This document shows, in pieces, positions 1 to 7,357 of a DNA stretch of 11,725 nucleotides. Source of the DNA: Vulcanimicrobiaceae bacterium (GTDB taxonomy: Bacteria; Vulcanimicrobiota; Vulcanimicrobiia; Vulcanimicrobiales; Vulcanimicrobiaceae). The notes under the pieces were generated by a model. It was given only the letters and a program-made list of their open reading frames with translations, had not been told where the DNA came from and made no database searches. Position numbers and translations under genes: made by a program. Position 1 is the stretch's first letter, and each line of letters opens with the position of its first letter. The DNA lies in assembly GCA_046262595.1 (NCBI GenBank), contig JBHEMM010000013.1, forward strand, positions 15,927-27,651, read 5' to 3'.

Positions 1-135
1 TAGCGTTTCCGCCTGCGTCGAGATCTTGGCCATCACCCACAGCGAGGTCGGGATGACGCCGAAAATCAGAATCGCGATGACCGCGGCGAACGATAAGATC
101 AGCCCGCGTTCAAGACTCGTGCGTTTTGAATTCAT
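1..135 (-). CDS. Partial CDS (N-terminus only) of a putative membrane-anchored protein, possibly a sensor/signalling protein; runs off the left edge
   Basis: Manual translation from ATG at 135: MNSKRTSLERGLILSFAAVIAILIFGVIPTSLWVMAKISTQAETL..., open to base 1. It has a basic N-terminus followed by a long hydrophobic segment. An alternative in-frame ATG lies at 195. Absent from the ORF track, presumably because it has no stop in the window. Confidence 0.6.
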   Translation of the reverse strand, partial: MNSKRTSLERGLILSFAAVIAILIFGVIPTSLWVMAKISTQAETL

Positions 136-380
136 GACCTGTTCTTTGTCGGCTTCGTGCACGTAAATGTTGAGCAAGCGGAACGAACCCGCCATGAGAT
201 CGCGGCGCGGCGGCAAGCGAGGCCGGAATCCGGTCTTTATTCGCAGATCGCCCACAGGTTGCTCGCAAGGAGACGCTGTGCGGCCAGATAACTCCAGGCT
301 AACCTTTGGCGCCCGGACGCTACACGTTGTAGGGTTTCGGCGGGGCGGCCCCAATATATGGGGCCATTGCTCGCTTTTGT

Positions 381-385
381 AGGAG
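381..385 (+). promoter_or_regulatory. Shine-Dalgarno sequence of ftsA
   Basis: AGGAG 4 nt upstream of the ATG at 390. Confidence 0.75.
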
Positions 386-389
386 TCGG

Positions 390-1607
390 ATGAAGCACGA
401 GACCGTGGCTGGGCTCGATATCGGCACGACGAAGACCTGTGCCGTCGTTGCCGCCGATGGCCCCAACGGCCTGGAGATTATCGGCTACGGGGAAGCGCCC
501 TCCGGCGGCATGCGCAAAGGCGTGGTCACCGATCTGGAAGAGACCATCAAGGCGATCGAACTTGCGACCGAAAAAGCCGAACGCATGGCCGGCGTGCACA
601 TTCAGGACGTTTACGTTGCAATCACCGGCGAACATATCCGAAGCACGAATAACCGCGCCGTCGTCGCGGTCCAAAGCGACGATCGCGAAGTGGGCGTGGC
701 CGACGTGCGCCGGGTCGTCGACGCGAGCAAGATCATCAACCTTCCGGCAGACCGGCAAATCATTCATGCGCTGCCGCGCTTTTTCACCGTTGACGGCCAG
801 GACGGCGTAGAAGATCCCGTCGGCATGGCCGGCGGCCGCTTGGAAGTGGATACGCACATCATCACCGGCGGCTCCAGCTTCATCACGAACGTTTTGAAGT
901 GCGTTCACCGCGCGGGCCTGGAGTCCGCGGGCTTAGTGTTCGAACCGCTCGCAAGCTCGGCATCGACGCTGCTTCCGGAAGAAAAACAAGTCGGCGTCGT
1001 GCTTCTCGACATCGGCGGCGGGACCACCGACATCGCGGTCTACAGCGGCGGCGGAGCGATCTACACGAGCACGATTCCCGTGGGCGGGAACATCATCACG
1101 AACGACATCTCGCTCGGTCTGAAAACCACGAGCGCGGAAGCGGAGCACATTAAGCGTGCCTACGGCTCGGGAGGCTCCGACGGCGCTGCGGAGCAGCGTT
1201 TTCCGGTGAAGACGCTCGATGGACGCAGCACGAAAGAAGCGACGTGTTCGCAGCTGCGCCAGATCGTCGTGCCGCGCATTGCGGAGATGTTCCGCATGAC
1301 GAAGAATAAAATCATTGAAAACGTACCGCGCGATCTCGTGCTCGGTGAAGTCGTCATCACCGGCGGCGGCGCGCACTTGGCCGGCATCGAACCGCTCGCG
1401 GAAGAGATTTTCGGTTTACCGGTGCGCGTCGGACTGCCGGGCAGCGTCGCGGGTGTGACCGACGCGCTCAAACAGCCCGAATACGCAACCGCAATCGGCC
1501 TGGTGCTTTTCGGCCCCAACGGCGGCATGGAAAATCATCAGTACGTCAAGCGCAGCCCGTCGATCGCCGGCAAGGTCGGCAAATGGCTCGGCGACCTATG
1601 GAACTAG
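390..1607 (+). CDS. ftsA: Cell division protein FtsA (405 aa)
   Basis: N-terminal [20 protein letters not shown], actin-like ATPase motifs [10 protein letters not shown] and [16 protein letters not shown], and a C-terminal amphipathic helix ([12 protein letters not shown]). Directly upstream of ftsZ. Confidence 0.97.
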   Translation: MKHETVAGLDIGTTKTCAVVAADGPNGLEIIGYGEAPSGGMRKGVVTDLEETIKAIELATEKAERMAGVHIQDVYVAITGEHIRSTNNRAVVAVQSDDREVGVADVRRVVDASKIINLPADRQIIHALPRFFTVDGQDGVEDPVGMAGGRLEVDTHIITGGSSFITNVLKCVHRAGLESAGLVFEPLASSASTLLPEEKQVGVVLLDIGGGTTDIAVYSGGGAIYTSTIPVGGNIITNDISLGLKTTSAEAEHIKRAYGSGGSDGAAEQRFPVKTLDGRSTKEATCSQLRQIVVPRIAEMFRMTKNKIIENVPRDLVLGEVVITGGGAHLAGIEPLAEEIFGLPVRVGLPGSVAGVTDALKQPEYATAIGLVLFGPNGGMENHQYVKRSPSIAGKVGKWLGDLWN

Positions 1608-1657
1608 AAGAAACCACCGATCCCCAAACCACACTTTTTACGGAGGCTCACACACCC

Positions 1658-2731
1658 ATGGCTGATGCAAAGCGCTACGTTCCCGAGCATTCGGCGACGA
1701 TCAAAGTGATCGGTGTCGGCGGCGGCGGCTGCAACGCGGTAAACCGGATGATCGAAGCCGGCCTTTCCGGTGTCGACTTCTTCGCGGTAAACTCCGACGT
1801 GCAAGCGCTGCGCAACTCGCAAACGGAAAATACCGTGCAAGTCGGCAGCAATTTGACCCGCGGCCTGGGCGCGGGCGCGAACCCGACGCTGGCGCACGAA
1901 GCCGCCGAAGATTCGCGCGAAGACCTCGCGATGATCGTCGAAGGCGCCGATTTGGTGTTCATCACCGCGGGCATGGGCGGAGGAACCGGCACGGGCGCCG
2001 CTCCCGTGATTGCGGATATCGCGCGCGAGTCGGGCGCGCTCACCATCGCCGTCGTGACGAAACCCTTCGCGTTCGAAGGGCGCAAACGCATGCAGGCGGC
2101 GGAGCACGGCATCGCCGAGCTCGAACAAAAAGTCGATACGCTGATCACGATACCGAACGAGCGCATTCTGCAAGTGATCGAAAAGCGTACGCCGTTGAAC
2201 GAGGCGTTCGCGTATGCGGACGACGTGCTGCGTCAAGGAATTCAGGGCATCTCCGACCTCATCACGCAGCCGGGCCTGATCAATCTGGATTTTGCCGACG
2301 TCAAGACGATTATGTCCGACGCCGGTAGCGCGATGATGGGCATCGGTGAGGGCTCGGGCGAACACCGTGCCGCCGACGCGGCGCAAAAGGCCATTGCATC
2401 GCCGCTGCTCGAGACGACCATTGAAGGCGCGCGCGGCGTGATCTTCAACATCACGGGCGGCCCCGACATGGCGATGTACGAAGTCAACGAAGCGGCCGAG
2501 ATGATCAGCCGCGCCGTCGACTCGGAGGCGCAGATCATTTTCGGCGCGAGCATCGATCCAACGATGGCAGGCAAGGTGCGCGTCACCGTTTTGGCCGCCG
2601 GTTTCGGAGCGGCGCGTTCGCATTCGCGCGCGTCGTCGTCGTTCAACTTCGCCGACACGAAGATCGATGCCGTCGCGCCGCTGAACATGGACGATATCGA
2701 AGTGCCGGCGTTCCTGCGCTATCGCGGCTAA
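1658..2731 (+). CDS. ftsZ: Cell division protein FtsZ (357 aa)
   Basis: [17 protein letters not shown], tubulin signature [10 protein letters not shown]7 loop INLDFADV, C-terminal core peptide DIEVPAFLR. Start set at ATG 1658 (GGAGG at 1642-1646) rather than the ORF-track start at 1583, which overlaps ftsA. Confidence 0.98.
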   Translation: MADAKRYVPEHSATIKVIGVGGGGCNAVNRMIEAGLSGVDFFAVNSDVQALRNSQTENTVQVGSNLTRGLGAGANPTLAHEAAEDSREDLAMIVEGADLVFITAGMGGGTGTGAAPVIADIARESGALTIAVVTKPFAFEGRKRMQAAEHGIAELEQKVDTLITIPNERILQVIEKRTPLNEAFAYADDVLRQGIQGISDLITQPGLINLDFADVKTIMSDAGSAMMGIGEGSGEHRAADAAQKAIASPLLETTIEGARGVIFNITGGPDMAMYEVNEAAEMISRAVDSEAQIIFGASIDPTMAGKVRVTVLAAGFGAARSHSRASSSFNFADTKIDAVAPLNMDDIEVPAFLRYRG

Positions 2732-2745
2732 GCAGGCGCTCTGAT

Positions 2746-2783
2746 AACAAAACGGGCCGGAGTGATCCGGCCCGTTTTGTTTT
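2746..2783 (+). terminator. Intrinsic terminator of ftsA-ftsZ, potentially bidirectional
   Basis: Perfect 16-bp inverted repeat AACAAAACGGGCCGGA-gtga-TCCGGCCCGTTTTGTT with a GNRA-type loop, a U-rich 3' side and an A-rich 5' side, 14 nt after the ftsZ stop. Confidence 0.92.
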
Positions 2784-3003
2784 GCTCCCGGGTCACCCGG
2801 AACGTTGCACCGTCGAAGCCATCGAGCTGCTCGACTGCGGGTGCGTCGCGCGCAATCGCAGCCGAAATCAGTTCGGGCGGTGCCCAGCGTCCCATCCGTT
2901 ATCCAATATTTGGCTGACTGTTGTTTAAGACGCGCCGCCGCTGCACATCGTTTCCGGGCTCGCATAGGCGGGATAGCGGGTCCCGGCGGCGTACCGGGCG
3001 GCG

Positions 3004-4356
3004 ATGAATGTTCGTTCAGCCGCCGTTTGTTTGGCCGTCTGCGGTCTGCTTGCTTTCTGCGCAGGCGGTGTCGCGCGGGCAAAGCCGATCAACGTCGAGC
3101 AGCGCAGGCAAAGCGACTACGTGCAAAATCTGCGCACGCATGTCAGACACGTCGTCGTCATCATTCAAGAGAACCGCTCGTTCGATAACTTTTTTCACGG
3201 ATTCCCCGGCGCCGACACCGTCGATTCCGGCATGAGCCACGGCGGCACCGTGCCGCTGCATGCGGTGAACCTGGACGCACCCATCGACGTCGATCATCAG
3301 CATAAAGCGTTCGTCCAGCAATACGATGGTTCGCGGATGGACGGCTGGGACCGCGTCGACACGCTGCCGCGGCAAGATCCGGACTTTCCGTACGCCTACG
3401 TTCCGCGCGAGCAGATCCAGCCGTATTGGCGGATGGCGCAAGAGTACACGCTCGCCGATCGGATGTTCCAATCAAATACCGGCCCGACGTTTCCCGCACA
3501 CTTGTACCTTATCTCGGGGCAGTCCGACTTTACCGCGAACAACCCGAATCACATGGAAACGACGAGGTACGCTTGGGGATGTGATTCGCCCCTCAATGCA
3601 ACGGTGACGCGCATTGCGGAAAACGGCGAAGAAGAACCCGGTCCCTGGCCGTGTCTGAACATGCCGACGATCGCCGACACCGCGATGGCGAACGGCGTGA
3701 CGTGGAGCTACTATGCGCCCGGCTTGGACGATTTGGGCAATATCTGGTCCGCGTTCGATGCGATCCGGCACATCCGTTATTCACCGTATTGGGGCAACGT
3801 CATCTCCCCCGAGACGCGCGTACTGCGCGACGCTAAGCGTGCAAGTCTGCCTAATTTGGTATGGGTCGTGCCGAACGCGCAAAACTCCGACCATCCGTTC
3901 CCGCACGAAATCACGGGCCGCGACCTGACCGTGACCGGCGCCTATGGCCCCGAGTGGGTCGCGTCGGTCGTCAATGCGATCGGCCACAGCCCCGACTGGA
4001 ACAGCACCGTGATTTTCGTTTTGTGGGACGATTGGGGCGGATGGTACGACCACGTGCCGCCTCCGCAACTCGACCGTATGGGGCTGGGTTTCCGCGTGCC
4101 GCTGATGGTGATCTCGCCCTGGGCGAAACGCGGATATGTGTCGCACGTGCAGCACGAGTTCGGAAGCATCGTCAAGTTCGAAGAGACCGTGTTCGCGCTG
4201 CCGTCTTTGCACACGACGGACGATCGCTCGGACGCCTTGCGCGATTGCTTCGACTTCATGCAAACGCCTGCACCGTTCCGCACAATTCCCGCCATGCGCC
4301 AGGCGGCGTTCTTCGAGGACCGGCAGGTTGACGGATCGCCCGATTCGGATTACTGA
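3004..4356 (+). CDS. Secreted phosphoesterase of the phospholipase C / acid phosphatase (PlcH/PlcN/AcpA-like) family, 450 aa
   Basis: HVVVIIQENRSFDNFF, YTLADRMFQS-GPTFPAH, SDHP, WDDWGGWYDHVPPP, GFRVPLMVISPWAK, GYVSH motifs. N-terminal signal peptide ending in A-R-A. Confidence 0.9.
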   Translation: MNVRSAAVCLAVCGLLAFCAGGVARAKPINVEQRRQSDYVQNLRTHVRHVVVIIQENRSFDNFFHGFPGADTVDSGMSHGGTVPLHAVNLDAPIDVDHQHKAFVQQYDGSRMDGWDRVDTLPRQDPDFPYAYVPREQIQPYWRMAQEYTLADRMFQSNTGPTFPAHLYLISGQSDFTANNPNHMETTRYAWGCDSPLNATVTRIAENGEEEPGPWPCLNMPTIADTAMANGVTWSYYAPGLDDLGNIWSAFDAIRHIRYSPYWGNVISPETRVLRDAKRASLPNLVWVVPNAQNSDHPFPHEITGRDLTVTGAYGPEWVASVVNAIGHSPDWNSTVIFVLWDDWGGWYDHVPPPQLDRMGLGFRVPLMVISPWAKRGYVSHVQHEFGSIVKFEETVFALPSLHTTDDRSDALRDCFDFMQTPAPFRTIPAMRQAAFFEDRQVDGSPDSDY

Positions 4357-4360
4357 GCGC

Positions 4361-5596
4361 TTAGCGATCTTTTCCGGAGCGAACGTGCGCGAGCGGCATT
4401 GCGAAGAGTGTACCGTTTGCGGCGCCGATGACGAGTGTCTGTCCGGCGACGACCGGTGAGCCGACGTTGAACGGCACGTGCATTTTACGTGCGCCAATCA
4501 CGCTGCCGTTCTTTGCATTCACGGCCCACAGATAGCCGCCGAAGTCCCCAAAATACAGCACGCCGCCTGCCTCGACAATGCCCCCTTTGACCGGCCCGTG
4601 CGCGCGGAAACGCCAACGCACCGATCCGGTCGCCGGATCGAGCGCGTGCACGTATGGTGCCAAACTGCAGCCCAAATACAGCGTGCCGTGCACAAGCAGG
4701 GGGATCGCCGCCTCGTTGCGTTTCGGGACGATGCCGCGCTCCAGCGGCGCGTCCCACAATTTCTTGCCCGTTGCCGCATCGAGCGCGTACGCACGAAAGA
4801 TGCTGCTGCGTTCGGTCTGCATCGGCACGCCGCTCGCGGGCGGCGTATCGTAGTCGCAATAAATGCGCACGCGATCGCTCACGGCGGGGCAGTCGCCGAT
4901 GCCGGACGCGGATGCCGAGAAGACGGAGCGCCAGATGACGCCGCCGTCGCTTGCGCGCAGCATCAACACTTCGTTGGGGTCGACGCCGGCTGTCGCAAAA
5001 CGTCCGCCGCCGAGCGGGAGCGCCGCGGTCATTGAAGCTATTGCCGTGACGTTGCGTGCATAGGCAACTGCGCCGTCTGCGGGATTGACGCCCAAAACAT
5101 AACCGGCTCCGTTATGCTGCACCAGCATCCCGTCGACGATCGCGGGCATCGGCATGCCGCTGCCTTGCAGCGCGCGCTCCCATACGATCGCACCGGTCAG
5201 GCGGTCGAACGCAACGAGCGCGTTCGGCGGCGAGCCGACGTGGATCGGGTCTGAGGGCGTCGAGCCGTTGGGGCTTTTCTCGTTGCCTTCCCCCACGATC
5301 ACCAGACGGCCGTAGACGATAGGCACCGCCATCAGCGGATTGTGCACGCGCGCAGTCCACTTGACCGTTCCAGTCGCCGGGTCGATGGCGTACATACGGC
5401 CGGCATTGTTGCCCACATAGAGTACCCCGCCGGCGATCGCCGGCGAAGAAGAAAACGGCCCTGCCGTCTTCAGCGTCCACATTGTCTGCAGGCTGCCGCG
5501 CACCACGGCGTTATTGCTGGATGCCAAGCGGAACTGGGTCCACGTCTGCGGGCTGTCGAGCGAACCCGTAGCTAGAGCCAACAACAGTGCGATCAT
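4361..5596 (-). CDS. PQQ-binding-like (BamB-type repeat) beta-propeller protein, probably exported, 411 aa
   Basis: Repeated blade motifs (YAIDPATGTVKW, VAFDRLTGAIVW, YALDAATGKKLW, HALDPATGSVRW, WAVNAKNG) and SSPAI/GSPVV. Start chosen at ATG 5596 (MIALLLALA), which forms an ATGA overlap with the PAP2 stop. Confidence 0.88.
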   Translation of the reverse strand: MIALLLALATGSLDSPQTWTQFRLASSNNAVVRGSLQTMWTLKTAGPFSSSPAIAGGVLYVGNNAGRMYAIDPATGTVKWTARVHNPLMAVPIVYGRLVIVGEGNEKSPNGSTPSDPIHVGSPPNALVAFDRLTGAIVWERALQGSGMPMPAIVDGMLVQHNGAGYVLGVNPADGAVAYARNVTAIASMTAALPLGGGRFATAGVDPNEVLMLRASDGGVIWRSVFSASASGIGDCPAVSDRVRIYCDYDTPPASGVPMQTERSSIFRAYALDAATGKKLWDAPLERGIVPKRNEAAIPLLVHGTLYLGCSLAPYVHALDPATGSVRWRFRAHGPVKGGIVEAGGVLYFGDFGGYLWAVNAKNGSVIGARKMHVPFNVGSPVVAGQTLVIGAANGTLFAMPLAHVRSGKDR

Positions 5597-6198
5597 GGTA
5601 CCAGCATAAGGTTCCCAGTCGCGCCGATCAATGCGCACAGCCACGCCGTTCCGAACATCGCACCGCCGAACACATCGGAAAAGTAGTGCGCGCCCAGTGC
5701 TAAACGCGACCAGCCGATACCGACGGCCCACAGAACAAACGCGCACGCAAGCGGCCATCGCAGCCCGGGCGGCAGCGCGCTATGCAGAATGATAACGGCC
5801 CATCCCATATAGCTGATAACTGCCGTGGCCGCGTGGCCGCTCGGATACGAGTGGCCTTTGTCTAAACGGCCCAGCCAGTAATCCGGCCGCACGCGCTTAT
5901 ATACGAGCTTGAAACCCTCCACAACGCTTTGCGAGGCAATCTGCGAGAGCGCCATCACGATCGGGATCCAGACGTGCAAATGGCCCAGCGCGAACGCCCC
6001 AAGCGCGACGGCGTAGGCTGAAAGCAGCGGGCGCGTGCGTCCCGAGGCGGTCAGCAGAAGCGCCGCGCCGAGAAATTGCGACCGGAACGAACGCGCCCGC
6101 ACGTCCCAGAGCACGCGCGGCCGTTTGACGATTGCCAAACCGAGCAGCACGAACAAAAAAAAGCAAACGAGCGAAACCAGATAGAGGCGAGCGCTCAA
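5593..6198 (-). CDS. PAP2-family membrane lipid phosphate phosphatase (201 aa)
   Basis: All three PAP2 motifs are present: KLVYKRVRP (C1), YPSGH (C2), SRLALGAHYFSD (C3). Multiple hydrophobic segments. TTG start 3 nt after the DAGK stop. Confidence 0.92.
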   Translation of the reverse strand: MSARLYLVSLVCFFLFVLLGLAIVKRPRVLWDVRARSFRSQFLGAALLLTASGRTRPLLSAYAVALGAFALGHLHVWIPIVMALSQIASQSVVEGFKLVYKRVRPDYWLGRLDKGHSYPSGHAATAVISYMGWAVIILHSALPPGLRWPLACAFVLWAVGIGWSRLALGAHYFSDVFGGAMFGTAWLCALIGATGNLMLVP

Positions 6199-6201
6199 TG
6201 C

Positions 6202-7089
6202 TTAGTCGCGCGCCTCAAAGTGTTGCGGGACCAGTACGCGCAACGCTTTGCGCGCGACGCGAAATTTCGCATTCGTTTTTCCGAGAAGGTGTCCGTCGAT
6301 GCCGATCGCCTGTTTCGGCTTGCACTTGATCGCGATCTCGGGCGCAGCGAAAAAATGCGCCCCGTCCATCTGCGTTTGGTGTCCGAGCACCAGTGCCGCA
6401 TTTGTTTTTACCACATCCGCCGCGTTGCTTCCGGCAGCGCAGAAGAACGCAAGTTCGCCGCTGCGCACGCCGGCTTGCGGCGTGAGCGGCTGCCAGCCGT
6501 AATATTTCCCCGCGGCTAAAATCGCTTGGTGCGTAAGGATTTTCAAGTCGTTGCCCGGCCACTTCACGCGCAGCTCGAACGGCTTGCGGCGCAAGACGGG
6601 AATCATACCGACGCCGTACGCGAGCGGTCCGATGATCTTTTTTAGGGGCTTCGACGTACGCTCCGCTGCTTCGGCGAGGATGCCGATCGCCGCAAAGTTC
6701 GCAAAGTACGTTCCGTTCACGCAGCCGACGTCCACGCGCATCTCTTTTCCGCCGGCGATCGTTTCGATAGCGAGGTCGATATCGTTCTTAATACCTAAGC
6801 CGAGCGCAAAACTATTGCCGGTTCCGGCCGGAACCACGCACATGATCGTATCGCTATAAGCAAGCTCCGCGACAGCCGCCGTCTGCGTGCCGTCACCGCC
6901 AACTACGACGATGTATTCTTTCTTCGATTTGATCGCTTGCCGGATGCGCTTTTTGAGCTCTTTGCGCTTTGAGACCATGTGCGCTTCGACGATCTTCACG
7001 CCGCGTTTGGGCAGCTCGTCATTGAGGCGCCGGTAGTAATTCTGTCCGTCCTTAGAACTGAGCCGGCAGATGATGACAACTTCGCGCAA
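6202..7089 (-). CDS. Diacylglycerol/lipid kinase, DAGK_cat (YegS/DgkB-like) family, 295 aa
   Basis: VGGDGT, PAGTGNSFA, VDVG..NGTYFAN, GPLAY, GKYYG, IDG motifs. TTG start with GGAGG RBS at 7100-7096. Confidence 0.92.
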   Translation of the reverse strand: MREVVIICRLSSKDGQNYYRRLNDELPKRGVKIVEAHMVSKRKELKKRIRQAIKSKKEYIVVVGGDGTQTAAVAELAYSDTIMCVVPAGTGNSFALGLGIKNDIDLAIETIAGGKEMRVDVGCVNGTYFANFAAIGILAEAAERTSKPLKKIIGPLAYGVGMIPVLRRKPFELRVKWPGNDLKILTHQAILAAGKYYGWQPLTPQAGVRSGELAFFCAAGSNAADVVKTNAALVLGHQTQMDGAHFFAAPEIAIKCKPKQAIGIDGHLLGKTNAKFRVARKALRVLVPQHFEARD

Positions 7090-7123
7090 AAAGAACCTCC
7101 GGTGTGTGCCCGTGCGGGTGGCC

Positions 7124-7175
7124 TTTGGGACATCAAGTCCGTATTATGTCCAAAATGTGTCCAAACTATTGACAC
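7124..7175. promoter_or_regulatory. Putative transcription-factor operator array in the divergent dagK / pilB intergenic region
   Basis: TGTCCAAA at 7147-7154 and 7158-7165. GTCC at 7137, 7148 and 7159 (11-bp phasing). Inverted half-sites GGACAT (7128-7133) and TTGACAC (7169-7175). Confidence 0.5.
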
Positions 7176-7357
7176 GGTGTGGTAAATATTTGCTACAGGG
7201 TTCCCGGGCGTCAATTACATTGCACTTTCCCACGGGAGCGGGTGTGGCGGCAACGCAAGGCGCAGCACAATTCGAGATCGAGCGCTCCGGCTTAGAACCC
7301 GGCGGCGCGACGCATGACGCGGCTCTCGCTGCGGCTCGGGCGGACGGGCGGCTTCGC

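Noticed and set aside
2728..2895. 55-aa minus-strand ORF MGRWAPPELISAAIARDAPAVEQLDGFDG..., faintly like an ECF sigma N-terminal helix
   Set aside because: It has no clear RBS and runs through the terminator hairpin into the ftsZ stop. The similarity is too short to support.
2950..2975. GTTT-N16-GGGATA upstream of the phosphoesterase as a SigB/SigF-type promoter
   Set aside because: The -10 element deviates from GGGTA/GGGWAW, such short matches arise by chance, and the local sigma's specificity is unknown.
1604..3082. 492-aa minus-strand ORF antisense to ftsZ (also 237-908, 3781-4497, 7504-8274, 9443-10228 and other overlapping ORFs)
   Set aside because: These are shadow ORFs typical of GC-rich coding DNA. 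They show no recognisable motifs and overlap well-supported genes, and this one also runs through the terminator.
4361..5596. Calling the propeller bamB or a PQQ dehydrogenase
   Set aside because: It has no lipobox cysteine and no recognisable dehydrogenase catalytic features. Only the repeat fold is supported.
7169..7199. TTGACA as the -35 of a housekeeping promoter for the pil operon
   Set aside because: There is no acceptable -10 at 16-18 nt spacing (best is TACAGG at 19 nt). The hexamer may instead be part of the operator array.
7200..7357. c-di-GMP or other riboswitch in the pilB leader
   Set aside because: The conserved GEMM-type elements are not present and only short GC-rich pairings are seen. 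The region may partly be coding if GTG 7244 is the start.
7070..7357. ORF-track N-terminal extensions (pilB from 7070, ftsZ from 1583, propeller from 5758, pilC from 9459)
   Set aside because: They overlap neighbouring genes or promoter regions. Downstream starts have RBS, stop/start coupling or family-motif support.
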